A stretch of 64,000 bases of DNA from Okamejei kenojei. Its lineage: Eukaryota. The translations under genes and the position numbers were made by a program. The notes beneath the pieces are model-generated. The model did not search any database. It was not told where the DNA came from and saw nothing but the letters and a program-made list of their open reading frames with translations. The DNA is taken from positions 17,670,001 through 17,734,000 of the forward strand of contig CM069142.1 of NCBI GenBank assembly GCA_035221665.1. Reading direction: 5' to 3'. Position 1 is the stretch's first letter; each line of letters begins with the position of its first letter. Shown one piece after another: positions 1 through 14,238 of this stretch.

Positions 1-2619
1 TTTTCTGGTATAGCAATGCTGGCTGCTTCCCCTAAAACGGCAGGAAGCATTTGGTTGGGGCAGGGGGTGTTCTGATCACAAGAGCACACTATCGTTTGAA
101 AATAAATTTCATCCCATTGCTTTCCTTCTTCAGAAAGTCAAACATGGAACAACACAATAATTGCTTCCAGGTACTCTCAAGAAATGTTTAAGTCATCAAA
201 ACTGAAATTATTGTAACTCCAAAAGATATTTTAGCATAAGCGGAGTATATTCAATTTACGTTAGAATTGGCATTTGCTTATCTCATTACTTTGTGTTTAT
301 TTAAGTTCATAAAGGTTTTAAACACCTTATAAGCTGGAGCAAGGATAAGTTTTGTTTCTCTTCCCCTGGTCACCACGATGGAGGAAATGGTAATGTTGGA
401 GTATTTGATCATCCTATGTGTATTTTTACATTTGTAACTCTGAGCAGCATTATTCTTCAGCTGTTTAACCACCTGCTTTTATCAGGAGCAGAAAAAAATC
501 ATCTGTTTTCATCACAGAAAAAAATAATCAGTGATGTTAGAACTGGGGCCCAGATGAGCTTTCATTGTGAGAACTTCAGATATGAGCTGCGACTTAAATG
601 AGCTACACTGCGATAATTGGTTGAAAATTTAATGTAATGGCTCTTTTGTTGTATGTCCTTATACAAAGATGACTGAAGTGGATTAAAATGGATTTACTAG
701 ATGTATAATCTCTTGCAAGTGAACCAGAGAAATCTTTCTCAATTAAAAATAATTGTTTGAAAATTCTTCCACTTCAATGGATGTTATCCAAAGATCGCAT
801 GTTAAGAATGTGCAAAGCTCTAATGGCCTGAATTCGCTTTTGTTTTTTAGTACTGTTGAATACATGGGCAAAAGAATAAACTTCTAAACAAGCAAGTCAT
901 GTGGAACAATTTAAGAAGTGGATATTTTAGGGCTTTAATAACATTTGGAATGAGTCCATGATTTATTTTTGTGACCAAGATCATCTGAGCCCATCCCATC
1001 TCATATGTCAGATAACTTAATAATGTCTGTTCCGGTGCATTTTGGTAAGCAGATGAAAGATAGCAAATGCCTTTACCTATTAAATGGTGTGGTTGGTCCT
1101 CAATTTGTGTACAGCAATGGTAACCTCTGGATGGGAGAAATGCTTAAAAGTCAGAATCTTGGAAGGGGCACACACGCTGGTCACGTTTTGGAATGCCAGG
1201 ACCGCTGGGGGTTTATAAGCCTTCGGAATTTGCATAATAAAGATTTCAAACCCATTAGAAAGTTGGAGATAAGTATAATGAAGTAGCTTCATTATATGGT
1301 TTATTGGCCGCATTGAAAGTTTATAGGATTTCACAAAGATCTTGCAAGAACATGGGTATGAGGAAAGTTAGCCTAGCTTAGAAAGTGAATTATCCCCGTA
1401 CATTAAGGATAGGCACAGTTGTCACGTTAGTTTCTTTCTTTAGTTTTGCAATAAGGCTGGACGTCTTTTCATCTCCCTAATGTCAAACTTGTGATATCAG
1501 CTTGCCACATTCAACTAGATTAAGCTCTAGGTTTCAAGTCTTTTGAGTAAACATTGAAATTCAAATGTGGGTAATAATATTTTTAATGTTCATTTTTATC
1601 TCTTTTGGAAATTTTGTATGCGTTTGACTGAAATGGCTTTCTCCAACGAATCATGTTAGAGATAACCATGTAATGTTTTAACAAAAATATTTTTTTGTGA
1701 CTGAACGGTTGACAAATCGTAATGTGAGTGAGGCCAATGTTTGCTAACGCTGTCAGCTTGTACAAATACACAAACATTTCCCATGAGATTTTTGATAGAT
1801 TTTATGATCCCTGCAAATGTCAAAGCCTGAAAATACATATTGTTTCCAACAGAGGGCAGTACAGTGTTCACAGTGGAAAATGAAGCATTCTTTTGGAAGT
1901 GTCTGCTTTTTTTTTCCACAGTGTACTCCAATTTACTTTTCATCATTGAAGAATGTCATTACTAATAACTGTCAGAGAAATCCTCCATAACAATTACTTG
2001 GGGTGTTTTTAAAGAATATTGCAAAGATTTATTTGATACGTATACACTTCATTATTCCATTTATGAAAGGTTCTAAAAAATGTAGACAAGTAATTCACAG
2101 GAATATGCTAGATTGGTTCGCATTCATATTTAGTTAATGTAGCGAAATGCTTCATTTCCCATTCCTGCATGTTATGCCAGTCTTTAATTTAGTTAATATT
2201 TAACTTGATGTCTAAATTATGGTGAGACATAATGTGTTCGCCACTGTGTGTCTACTAATTTGTTCAAATAGTAACATTTAATATAGGTTAGAATATGTTC
2301 TTGCATAATATTGAATTAGATTTTACTAACGAAGGTGCAGTCCAAACTTGAAATGTTTTGCCGTGAATATTGCTTCACTACTGTTTTCCAGCGCAACCAT
2401 TGTACTCTCTCTTTCTAATTGTACATTCCTAACTGCCCATCCATTCCTCCAATTCACCAAAGAACGTGTTGCTGCCTCCAATTCTGGCATCTTTCGCTCC
2501 CTACATCTCACTACTGGCGGTCAAGCCATAACTTCTGAAATTCTTTCCAAGAACATGCTAACCTGTAGAATTCCATTGCGGCAGGGAACGGTTGGGCAAT
2601 AATATAGAAGCATTTATTT

Positions 2620-2732
2620 AATGGAAGACTGGGCAAGCACATGTCCAAGGGAACAAAGCAAAGTGAGGAGGAGCACGAGCATTGCTGTGGACTAATTGGG
2701 TTGAATGGCCCTTTCTTGAGCTTTGTATTCAA
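2620..2732 (+). mobile_element. Degraded CR1-like LINE 3' tail
   Basis: Resembles the CR1 3'UTR seen elsewhere in the window (ggactaattgggttgaatggccctttct). Confidence 0.4.
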
Positions 2733-3974
2733 TGGAATCTAAAATCACCAGGTTTCTCTCCTCCCCATTGATGATTCTTATTCCTTGGTAGTTTTTTTTT
2801 AATTAAAAAATTAAATGTAGTTATTAACAATCTTTAACACATTTTTTTTATTTGAGTGATCAAAACCTGAGTGAAATTATTAATTCAATTTCAAGGAGCA
2901 TCTTGAAAAAAATAGAGCGGATTAGACAGTTGGAGTCTTGAGGTTCAAATTGTCTTGTGTCCTGGTTGGCCATAATACATCGGTCTGAAGTGAAGCAACT
3001 GGATTCATAGGTGGAGGAGTGAATTTCTCTTAAGGCTTTGGGAGTGCAGGAAGTTACTGAGAGTGGGATGAAGCCAAGGGGGAACTTGAAAACAAGGAAA
3101 ATAGATCCATGAAGACATTTTTCTCAGTTCTTACGGAAGACAAATCAAGAACTAGAAGCAGCAGTTCGCTCTCAATCCTATTTTCATCCCCACCCAGAAT
3201 AGGCGACATCTTATTTTGTTGCTACAGCATCTGGTTCTGGGAAATATCATCCTCAGGATTTGCAGAAGAATAAGTGCCATTGCGAGCAATTTTAGTCCTG
3301 AGTTTTATGTTGAATTCACCAGATTGGATTCTTAAATCCCATCCATCTGGGCACAGGCATTGGGTTTCTAGGAGAATGCTGTGATCGACCTTATCAAATA
3401 TGATAGATGGGTCAAGGAGATGAGCTGTGATGAAAAATGTCCTGTACTATCATGGAGAGTGTCATCTGTGAATTGAGTAAGACCTGCTACGTTGAACTGT
3501 ATTGATATATTTTGAAGGTTATGGTGTTATTTGCATGTAGGTTGTTTTAATTGGGGAATTTTCCTCTTTTTATCTGCAGAATGAATTGGGCTGTATTCAG
3601 ATATACAATAACCTGCTCACTGAGCTCTGGTAAAAGTAGCAGTTTGTTGCTAAAAATGTTTTGGAACTTGGGACTGTGTCTGGGCATTGACATTTAATTA
3701 GCATTTTGCAAGGGAACTTGGTTCAAGTGGTATTCTGATTTGGGTAATTTATATTGATTTATCAGGTTTAGTTTGCTTTGAGTTTATTCTTGACTCGTAA
3801 AGCAATCATTGAAATTGTTATGATGCTTTAAGGCTATTTTAATTTGTTATTGGCCAGTTATATCATACGCCCAGTGATGTTAATAAAGAGCAAGTGCTGA
3901 TGACAGTCGGGCAGCAAAGGAAAAGTAGTTCATCAGAACATCATTACCGTAGTATTTACAAGTGCTGCCTCCCC

Positions 3975-4319
3975 TGTATAAAATCATGACAGGCATAGTT
4001 CGGGTAGATGCACAGAATCTCTTGCCCAGAGAAGGGGAATCGAGGACCAGAGGGCATAGGTTCAAGGTGAAGGGGAATAGATTTAATAGGAATCTGAGGG
4101 GCAACATTTTCACACAAAGGGTTGTGGGTGTATGGAACAAGCTGCCAGAGGAGGTAGTTGAGGCTAGGAAAACAGTTAGACAGGTACATGGATAGGACAG
4201 GTTTGGAGGGATATGGACCAAACGCAGGCAGGTGGCACTAGTGCAGTTGGGACATGTTGGTCAGTCTGGGCAAGTTGGGCCTAAGGGCCTGTTTCCACAC
4301 TGTATCACTCTGACTATGA
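3975..4319 (+). mobile_element. CR1 (HER1-like) LINE, 5'-truncated 3' end
   Basis: ORF2 C-terminus SRTRGHRFKVKGNRFNRNLRGNIFTQRVVGVWNKLPEEVVEA followed by the 3'UTR gggcctgtttccacactgtatcactct. Confidence 0.92.
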
Positions 4320-5377
4320 GCTGGGAACTAAGGTCAGTTTCCGATTTTATTTCAGATTTCCAGCATGAGCAGTATTTGCTTTTGTATTAATGCACACGGA
4401 CTGATTGTCATGTTTTATTTTTGGCCTCCGTCAACGAGTTCCCCAAGTGACAAGAGGCTGAAAAGTAAAGCTGAGAAAGCAACTGTGCCTCTGCTTGTCA
4501 GAGTTTCTGTTCCTGCATCTGTCATCAGATATCCAGTAATGACAGACTGGTGCTCATTGTGGTTCTGCACTCTTTGCGATCAGTTGGATGCTCGGGCCAC
4601 GTGTCTCTTGTGATCGCCCGCGTCGATGAGTGCGTATGTTTCTGTCCCTTTTCTTCCCCTGCTACCACACCAGTCTCCTGTAAATGTTAGCAACAAACCT
4701 GGATAATTATCCTTCAACCACACGGAGCAAACTAGAAATTCTGGGTGGCAACTTGAATTTTGCCATGTTTGCTTAATATGAAAAATCTTGCATTTTCACT
4801 GCTGACACCAAATCCCTGTCAGGGATAGGATTCCCGAGGCCTACTGCTTTCTGAAATTTGCTTTCCTCCAGCTTAAAACTCCATATTTTATTGTTAATCA
4901 GTCAAGGGAATGCACAATACTTGGGATTTATTTTCAGTGAAAGGGTTTCAGCAAGTTGCTGTTGTGTGGTTCCGCTCCTGAAAACTGTTAAGGAGATTTT
5001 GCCCATCAGCTGTCCATGTTGTCTTGCTCTTTTATCAAAGATTTAAAAATAATCTTAATCCTTTTTAATAAGTGGCAAACAGTAATAGTTTCCTCACAAA
5101 ATCCTCTGGAGGATTTTGAAAGGGATCTTGGAGGAGGCTAGATTGTCTGCACAGTGCTGATATGGGGAAGGCTCGGGTTTCAGGCTTTGAAAATATTTTC
5201 AAAATATTTTCCGTACATTGTTGAATGTTCTCTGTATGATATTAAAATACTATTCCTGCAGAGTGGAAATTTCTGATTCAAGCCAACTTCAGCAATGATA
5301 ATCCAAAAGATCGCAGCTAAATATTGCTAGATACTTATTTTTTTCTGAAACAAAACCACAGCCAGCAAACAAGCAAG

Positions 5378-5545
5378 AGGCTGCTGTTGCTGGAAGCTAT
5401 AGAGCGAAATGGACAGGTGAATTTTGGGTAAGGACCATTAAATCTGTAGAAGGGTCCTGATCCAAAACACCATTGGTTCATTTCCCGCTACAGATTCAAC
5501 CTGCCCCATTGAGGTCCTCCTGCAGTTTGTTTGTTTGCTGAAGAT
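5378..5545. mobile_element. Old degenerate PLE terminal-repeat palindrome
   Basis: ctgtagaagggtcctgatccaaaac with degenerate inverted arms similar to younger copies. Confidence 0.5.
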
Positions 5546-6937
5546 CACGATCACTGTGTGATGTGAGTTATTGCAATACAGGGTTAGCGTGCATCAAAGG
5601 TCAGAGCAGTCAGAATGGTAACTTGCATTGATAAAATCCCTTTAATGTTGAGATTATTTTACTGATGGTCCTTTCTAATCTATAGTCTATTGAGATTAAC
5701 CATAGTTTGGCAACATGGTACAGAAGGAGCTTTAGAATGCAAAGACATGCAAGGTTTTTATGAATTTAAATTCCTGAAATTAAACAATAAATGTTTTTTC
5801 TACTTTCAAATCAATACAGTACATCTGTTTAGTACATTTTATGTTATCGCTGGATATCTGATGGTGTTCATTATGGAGAGTCCATTTGAATTGGGGTTGA
5901 GTGGCAGGGAATGTGTAGATCAGAAACCTCAGGGGCATTTTAATTCCAATTTAATGTCAAGTGTTCAGCATGCAGAGTTTGATTTTGTATTGTTTATAGT
6001 TTAAAAAGAGCAGAACTGGGTAGAGATGGAAAATAGCAGTGCCGCTGTGGTTGGAGTTGAAGAGCTTTAAGTGCTGCTCTGTCATGATGAGTTGCGCTGG
6101 TTTTTTTGATGTGGGTAAAACAAGAGTTTTGTTTTACTTTGAGCATGAATTTGTTCTGCTAAATATTTTGACCACATATGCTGAAATAAATGGACGGTTG
6201 ACCTCTTGTCTTGCACCATAAAGTGCAAAAACTGAATTGCATGACTGGTTATTTACATCTACTTGCAGTGGAATACAAATAATTAAAAGTTGCTTTCAGG
6301 TGACTTTCAGATTTATTTTTGGCAGATAGGTTTGGAAGCTGCCTTTGAATATGTGTAGATTGGTGCAGGATTGTAGAGGTATTTACTGTTGCAACCCAAG
6401 CTATGCAATGTTGGGTGAGGAAAATGTAGCACCACAGCCTAGGGTTGTGAAAGGCAATGGGTAACAAGCAATACCTTGATATTGGGCAAAAGGAATGTTT
6501 AGGATATTTAGCCAGTCTGTTTGCTGAGCTAAATTGAGGTCAGAAATTTAGTTTGACTTCATAACAATAACGAGGCATCCCTTAGTGATTAAGACTGACT
6601 AAAATTCAGCAAATTTGTTCAAAAGAACTTCTGATTGCATAAGTGCTGAATAGTTAGTCTATTCAGTAAGTTAGATTGAAAGGAGTTTTTCTTATTGCTG
6701 TAAAGCTTGTTGCATTGGTAAAATGTGAGGCAGCACTGTGAGTTGGTTGTCACCCCTCTAATGTGTGGTGTGCCTCCCACATGATGTGTGTGGTGGATTA
6801 GTACCTCCTCACGTTTGTTCAGCATTCTGCCTATGTTGATTCACTCTCAGTAATGGTAACCATGTCTTTATTCATATGGAACTAACTGTAATATATGAAC
6901 TTACCTACTTAATGTTCGAATATTGTGATTTACAGAT

Positions 6938-7206
6938 TAGTTTGGAAATACAGCGTGGAAATAGGCCTTTCGGCCCACTAAGTCCATGCTGACCAATGAT
7001 CACCCATACATTAGTTCTATCCTACACACTAGGGACAATTGACAGAAGCCAAGTAACCTACAAACCTGCACGTATTTTGGATTTGGCAGGAAACCGGAGA
7101 AAACCCAGGCAGGCTTAGGGGGAACGTCCAAGCTCCGTACAGACCGTGGGATCGACTGCGGGTCTCTGGCACTGTAAGGCAGCAACTCTCCCGCTGTGCC
7201 GCCCTG
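6938..7206 (-). mobile_element. V-SINE (HE1-like); a second older partial copy follows at ~7210-7328
   Basis: Reverse complement has a tRNA-like head, V-domain (ggttttctccggtttcctgcc) and CR1-like tail (gggccgaaaggcctatttccacgctgtat). Confidence 0.85.
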
Positions 7207-9354
7207 ATCCCTTGGGGGCAATTTACAGTGGCCAATTAACATACCCATCCTTGTGTTTGGAAGGTGAGAAGAAACTGGAACACACGAGAAAACGCTTGAG
7301 TCACAGAGAGAACATGCAAACTCCAGACTTCTCTCAATTCTTGTAATTTCTTTCTGGGTATTTTCATACCTGACTTTTCTTTGTGCTGGAATTATCTTGG
7401 TTCTCAAGGTAATGTTTTCAATCGGTTTATCCATTTACCTGATCCATTGCAGTAATGCATCTCCTGAGATTTTTTTTATTTGATTGAAAATAAAAAATAC
7501 ATTCAAAGGGAAAGGTATATTTAGTTTCCAACAATTAGGTCTTACTATTAACCTGGTTAATTTCTTGGGGGATATCGCTGATTATAATGCAAGATCCGGA
7601 TAAGAGTTGGGCCTTCCATCAGCCACTCCTCCCTTGTTTGTGCAAGCCCTTTTATTTTTTCCGGCAATAGATCAAATGAGAGTAACAGGTAAGAGAAAGG
7701 ATAGTCACTCTGGGCACATTTTCTCTTCATTAGCGACATAACCCTTCACTCAACTTTGACAAGCTTGTGTCTGCTTTGCCTCAGCCACCAGTTAAAACTA
7801 GATGCTAACTATGAAACCTCCTTTCCCCGAGATCTCATAAATCTTACCCATTCCTGTTAGTGCAGAACACGGCATGGCTGCTGGAAACTATATACTAAGG
7901 ACACCAACGGCTACTTGAAGGCTCTGCCCCAACAATTTGAAATGGCAGAATCAAGAAAACATATAACAAGCCTTTGGGAAATGGATGTCACAAACGTTGC
8001 ACACATGTTGACCTTTTTGAAGCAGAGAATAGCCATGTGGCCTCGCACATCACCATTCAGTAGGCTTATGAATAAAGTGCACTCCAGCATGCTTGATCCT
8101 TGTATCCTTAAATTGGATCGTCACTAAAATTGCTGATCTGAGCACTGCATGCACTGAAGCTTCCGCAGAAAATTCCTTCACTTTAAAATCTTTGCAGTGA
8201 AGAAACTTCTCTGAAGTAACCAAATCTTGTCAAGAGACTTTCCTAGTTCTTAAGCCTGAAAAAAACAAACCCCAAAATGACAATCTATCGCTTTCCATTT
8301 CTTAGAGCATCATATTTTTAGCTGAGTTTGGTATCTCATTCTCCCAAATTCTAGTGACTTGAACCAACCTTTGTAATAAGTGTACAAATCCCTCATGCTC
8401 AGAATCAGCCAGTGTATAGTTCTAGTTGGTCGCATTGACCTAAACTGCATGCAACATTCAGGACATGGTTTCAGTACAATTACTACAAAGTTTCCTTACT
8501 GTTATATGCAAACCCCTTTGCAATAAAAGCTGTCAATTCATGTAATTCATGCCAACCGTGGACCACTAAACTCTCGTAGTAGATCTAAACCTGCTCATTA
8601 TTAGTTCAACATGGGAGCATCAGTAAGGCATTGCTATATAATTGAACTGCAGTTTCATAAAAATGAGGCCCATTCATACATTTCTATTTTCAGTTTGCAT
8701 TTACACTGTAAAGATTTATGATCTGGACCATAGTCCTAATTACACATGTTTAACTATAGAAAGAAAACAATTTAATGATTGTATTGCATTTGCATTTTAC
8801 ATGTCATTGTTTAACAACTGTTTTTATGAGTGCGTTTGCTCCTGAATTTAAACCACAGAACTGGGAAGATTTTGAGAGCTAGTTAATTCTGGAGTCACTA
8901 TTCATAACTGACTGAGCCTGTGGCCCTGGAAGTGATAGCTCAGCTAACTTTGCAAAATTCTCCCTCATAAATATCTGTGGATAAGTCTTGGAATTGGGAA
9001 AGACGTCACACAAACTAGTTGAGCAAAAGTCTTGCATGTTTTTGCATCATTTCGCCCTCATACCTGTAATAGATTATGTGATGGTTTTTTTCATTACAAT
9101 CTCTAGCTGTGTTCTCTCCCCCCCGTCCAGGTAAACCATAAAAGGTGGTGGAACTTTGGAATGAAGGCAGGAAGGAATAGCCATTGGAGCAAACACCTTG
9201 GAAGTCAGAACCCACAATGTCCTGTAGCATCAGGTCAAATCTGGCCAAGAGAATTCCTCCATATGGCCATCTGATCTTCAGCCATTGTATTTGGGCTACT
9301 TCATGTTAAATAAGACCGAGAAGTGAAGAAAGGCAGGGTGGGGGGGGGGGGAAG

Positions 9355-9575
9355 AGTTTTTAACACAAGAATGCCGGTTGACTGAACACACTGCCAAGAG
9401 CGGTGGTGGAAACAGATATGATAATGATTGTTATGTGGCATTTAGGCAGATATATATGCTAGGAATGCGGGGATTACGGCTCTCAGGCAGGTAGAAGAGA
9501 CTAGTTTAATTTGGCATCATGTTATGCACAGAGATTGTGGGCCTCGGGGCCTGTTTCTGTGATATACTGTTCTAT
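9355..9575 (+). mobile_element. Old CR1 3' end
   Basis: Degenerate FTQR/WN-LP region plus the tail gggcctgtttctgtgatatactgttctatg. Confidence 0.65.
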
Positions 9576-10409
9576 GGGAGAGTCATTCTTGGATCAGTCC
9601 TCGGTCGGGGCATCTTCAGTTGCTTCATTAAAGACATTCTTTTCAACATAAGGTTAGATTTGGGATTTTTGCACAAGGCTGTGTAATGTTCCACCTTCAA
9701 AGCCTTAGCAAATGAACCAGTGTATAATCTGTGTGCAGCAAGACAATGAGCAGTAAAAGCAGAAAACAGTTGTGGTGTTGAAGTGCCAGCCACTGCCGTC
9801 TCGAACCACTAATCTTTGACGTGAGCAATGTGAAGTTCAATGCCATCACCATCCTTGAGTCACGAGACTTGGGGCAACTCACCTGGACTTTTCACAGCAA
9901 TAATGGGGCTTCTGGAGCAGGGCAGAGGCAGGATATCCCGTAGTATTTCCTGATGCCCCACCATCTGCAGGGATGTTGGGAGTGTGATGGAATATTTTAA
10001 GTTTTCAAAATGAGCAATATTCCCATGGGTTGTGGTTATCTACCCAATACTCTTTAACCAACTTGGATTATCATTTAATGATTTCTAACACTGTCTCCAT
10101 CTCTTCAGAATTTATGGTCAAGGTTTCTCTATTTAGGCCCTTCCCAAATCGACCATTGTTTCTTATTGTTCACTTATCGTGTAATTACGTCCGTTCTGAA
10201 TGCCAACTAATTTTGCTGTTTATAAACTCCAATGGAGAAAAATACTGCTGCCCTATTAACTTTGCACATTTTGTTTTCTCCTTCAACTGAATATACAGAG
10301 TAAGGAACATTGAATTTACATAGTGTATATATTAAATGTTACTAGGTTGATTTCTGGTTGACCCTTGCTTCTGCCCTGCACTATTTCTAAGCATAGCAGG
10401 AAACCTTAG

Positions 10410-10489
10410 GTAGACAAAAATGCTGGGGAAACTCAGCAGGTGAGACAGCATCTATGGAGCGATGGAAATAGGCAATGTTTCTTCAGACA
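10410..10489 (-). mobile_element. PLE terminal-repeat fragment
   Basis: agacaaaaatgctggggaaactcagcagg...cagcatctatggag...cttcagac. Confidence 0.7.
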
Positions 10490-11429
10490 GGAAACCTTAA
10501 ATTGGTTTATGTTTGTTCCACTATGTCTGAATGGCTGTTTTTCTTTCTATCTTTATCAACCTCTACTCTGCCTGATCACCTTTCTGACTATTCCCTGAAG
10601 CACTGGAGTTTAAGAGCTCTCTGTTTATGTATGGCATTGTGTACTGCGTGTCGTTGACCTGAAACATCCATCTCTCCAGTTTTAATCTGAGTTTGAAAGT
10701 ATTGGATTGCAGTGGGTTCCTGCACCGAATCGAACAAAGACCTCCAAGTAATGATGAATGCAAAAATAACAAGTTGCTGGAGTAGTCTTGCCTAATAATC
10801 TGCTGATTCAGATTTAATATGATTCTGTCAGGTACGTCGGTATATTTTTCTGCATTAAAAGTGCTTACTAGAAGTAAACTGTTATTGTTGTTATAATTCA
10901 GTTCTGTCCCATTGTCAGCTTTACGGCCCTTCACCTCCATTCCCCAGATTATCCCATCAGCAACAACTGATTAAACAAATATATAAACATTATTTGGAGC
11001 CCAAGAACTGCTGCTCTAGCTCATGACATTTGTTACAATCTTTTTCCTTCAATGGCACTTTTGGGCCCTAGGTTTACAGGAAGCCCAGATTGATGGCATG
11101 ATAACTTTCTTTAATTGTTGATAACGAAAGCCAGTTAATTTCAGTCCCCTAAACTATCTTGGCAACTACTGCTGGGGGGGTTCTATTATTTCTTGGGTAT
11201 GTTCTGGGTTAATTCCTTCTCCATCTCACCATGACCACTGACTCCACCATTAGTGCCAGTGTGATCAGTTTCTTCATACAAAACTTGAATTTTCTTTCCT
11301 TATCCATTCACTTTTCTTGCCATTTAAAAAAATGTTTCCCAAGCTACACATGTCTCTGAGTTTTGACTCGCCCTGCTCCGTGTGCTACACACCGCTTCCA
11401 CTCTCCCTTCCATCCATCCTGACCACACT

Positions 11430-12359
11430 TGAACTCCACGTCGACCAGTGATCATCCGTACACTAGTTTTATTCTACACACTCGGAACAATTTACTGAAG
11501 CCAATTAACCGACAAACCTGTTCATCTCTGGAATGTGTGAGGAAATCGAATCGGCCAGTCGAATTTGTAGTGAAGAAACCATGTGCTATGCCAGCATTTG
11601 CATCGAGAGGGTTTGTATACAAAAACAGGGATGTAATGCTGAGCTCTATAAGGTGCTGGTCAGGTCGTATTTTGAATATTGAGAGCAATTTTGGGCATCA
11701 TATCTGAGGAAGGATGTGCTGGCTCTGGAGAGGGTCCAGAGGAGGGTTACAAGAATGATCCCAGAAACGAGTAGGTTAACGTATGATGAATGTTTGATAG
11801 CACTGGGCCTGTACTCGCTGGAGTTTAGAAGAATGAGGGTGGATCACATTGAAGCATACAAAATAGTGAAAGGCTTGGATAGAGTGGATGAGGCGAGGAA
11901 GTTTCCACTAGTGGGAGAATCTAGGACTAGAGGTCATAGCCTTTGAATTAAAGGATGTTCTTTTAGGAAGGAGATGAGGAATTTCTTTGGTCAGAGGGTG
12001 GTAAATCTGTGGAATTCTTTGCCATTGAAGGCTGAGGAGACCAAGTCAGTGGATATATTTAAGGCAGAGACAGATAGATTCTTGATTAGTGCAGGTGTCA
12101 GAGGTTGTGGGGAGAAGGCAGGAGAATGGAGTTAGGAGGGAGAGATAGATCAGCCATGATTGAATGACAGAGTAGACTTGAAGGGCCAAATGGCTTAATT
12201 CTGCTCCTCCTACATATGTTATGAAACCGGAGCATCCGGAGAAAAGCCACTCATTGGGAGAATGTCCAAACTCCGTACAGACAGCTCCTGTAGTCAGGAT
12301 CGAACCCCAAGCTCTGGCACGTAAAGCAGCAACTCTACCACTGTGTCACTGTGCTGCCC
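11430..12359 (-). mobile_element. V-SINE (11430-11549 + 12222-12359) split by a CR1 insertion
   Basis: The two halves join at gaaa(t/c)cg into a complete SINE like the one at 26327. Confidence 0.8.
11565..12221 (+). mobile_element. CR1 LINE 3' fragment nested in the V-SINE
   Basis: LALERVQRRVTRMIP...LGLYSLEFRRMR...SRTRGHSL followed by 3'UTR. Confidence 0.92.
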
Positions 12360-12545
12360 TATGCAATGTTAATACAATGTAAATGTATTTTTTAATTTCA
12401 TGCAGTTTGTATTTAGCAATTCTTAATGTTACTCTAAATGGTTTACATTGATAACTGAACAAGGATACAGCAATTATTTTTTTTTAATAACTGAGTTGAT
12501 CAGGAGCATTTTCCATTTTCATACTGCCCAGTTTTGTACTGAAAC

Positions 12546-13660
12546 ATCAGAATCAGAATCGGATTTTATTCGCCAAGTATGTTTTGCAACATATGAGGAA
12601 TTTCACTGGCCAGGTCAGTCATACAATTAAAAGCAGCAGACTCAAAAACACATTTTAACATGAACATCAACCACAGTGACTCCTACACATTCCTCAATGT
12701 GATGGAAGGCGAAATAAAGTTGAAGTCTCTTCCTTTTGTTCTTCCTCGGTCGGGGCCCTCGAGCCCCCGTTGACGGGATTGTCTTGAACAAGTTAGGTCT
12801 TTATTCTTTGGAGCGCAGAAGGTTAAGGGGGGACTTGATTGAGGTCTTTAAAATGATGAAAGGGATAGACGGAGTTGACGTGGATAAGCTTTTCCCATTG
12901 AGGGTAGGGAAGATTCAAACAAGAGGGCATGACATGAGAATTAAGGGACAGAGGTTTATGGGTAACGTGAGGGGGAACTTCTTTACTCAGAGGGTGGTGG
13001 CTGTGTGGAATGAGCTTCCAACAGAAGTGGTGGAGGCAGGATCGATTTTAACATTTAAAAGTAAAGTGGATAGGTATATGGACAAGAAGGGAATGGAGGG
13101 GTATGGTCTGAGTGCAGGTAGATGGGACTAGGGGAAAACAAATGGTCGGCACGGACTGGAAGGGCCGAGAGGACCTGTTTCCGTGCTGTAATTGTTATAT
13201 GGTCTTGACTCCCGCAGCCGGTGGCATGCGCCGGGCGGTCAAACCTCGCGGGGGGCTGGTTGAGCCTTCCTCGACGTTGGAGCTCCCGACTAGCCTCTCC
13301 CGAGACTGCGAGCTCTTGATGGTAAGTCCGCAGGCCACGGTGGGAGCGATCCCACGCAAGGGATCAGCTGCGATGCTAAGTCTGCGCCCCGCGATAGGGC
13401 TCACGACAGTCCGAGGAGGCTTCCAACTCCATCGATGGTAGGCCGCAGAGCCCGGAGAATGTGATCCGAAAAATGATCACATCTCCGGGAAGGTAAGAAC
13501 TTGAAAATAAATTTCCCCCAATTTTTTTTCTTTTTTTTTTCTTTTACCACCCCCCCCCCCCCCCCCCCCCACACATAAAACCGACCGAAGAACATTAAAA
13601 CAAACTCTTAACAGACGCTAAAAATAACAAAAAGATGAAAAACGAACAAACTGCCAGCAG
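12546..13660 (-). mobile_element. GC-rich non-autonomous retroelement with aataaa and (ctgatt)n tail, interrupted by CR1
   Basis: Tail atcagaatcagaatc...ttttatt at 12546; the CpG-rich body resumes at 13202; family not identified. Confidence 0.55.
12788..13201 (+). mobile_element. CR1 LINE 3' end with TSD GTCTTGA
   Basis: LGLYSLERRRLRGDLIEVFK...FFTQRVVAVWNELP; gtcttga at 12781-12787 and 13202-13208. Confidence 0.93.
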
Positions 13661-14238
13661 GGCTCCCCTGGTGGCCTCAAGAGTTGGTGTGTAATGTAGT
13701 GTATCCAGAGAGCCAAACCTTGTTGAATGGGGTGGGTGGCTGGAGATCTGGGTCTGGTAGGATGGGAAAATGTGTTGGGTTTTTGCTGTCAAATATTAAA
13801 GCCTGCTGGGCGTAAACTGAAGATCGGGGCCTGAGGAGGTGGATGAGCGGAGTAAATAGCCAAAGTGTTGGGGCGGTTTGATGGGGCACTGGTTTGAGAA
13901 TGGGGATTGGGGATGGACGTTTGTGGATGGATGTATCGCCTGAAAACCAGAGGGCATTCATATTATTAGCAATTGCAAAATTAACATTCTCTATAGTTGG
14001 GACATTTCCTATTGATCTATTTGTTCAGTTTCGCTTGTATTGTCTTTGTCCCATTGTGTGACGTCGGTCCACTAAAAAACCTTGTAACTGATTAGCTGTG
14101 ATATTAGCAAGGCTGGTCTATATTGGCTACATTTATTGTCCTTGCACTGAATGGCTTGCTGATCCATTTCTGAGGATAATGAACAGTCTTGGTTCTGGAG
14201 GTATATTAGGCCAGGGTAAAGAAAGCAATCCTTTCCGT

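Noticed and set aside
4400-4660. Mildly CpG-enriched unique stretch as an alternative promoter or first exon
   Set aside because: No clear core promoter or strong donor; cannot be supported from sequence alone
5186-5203. 18-bp perfect palindrome tttgaaaatattttcaaa
   Set aside because: AT-rich, part of a small local duplication; no supporting context
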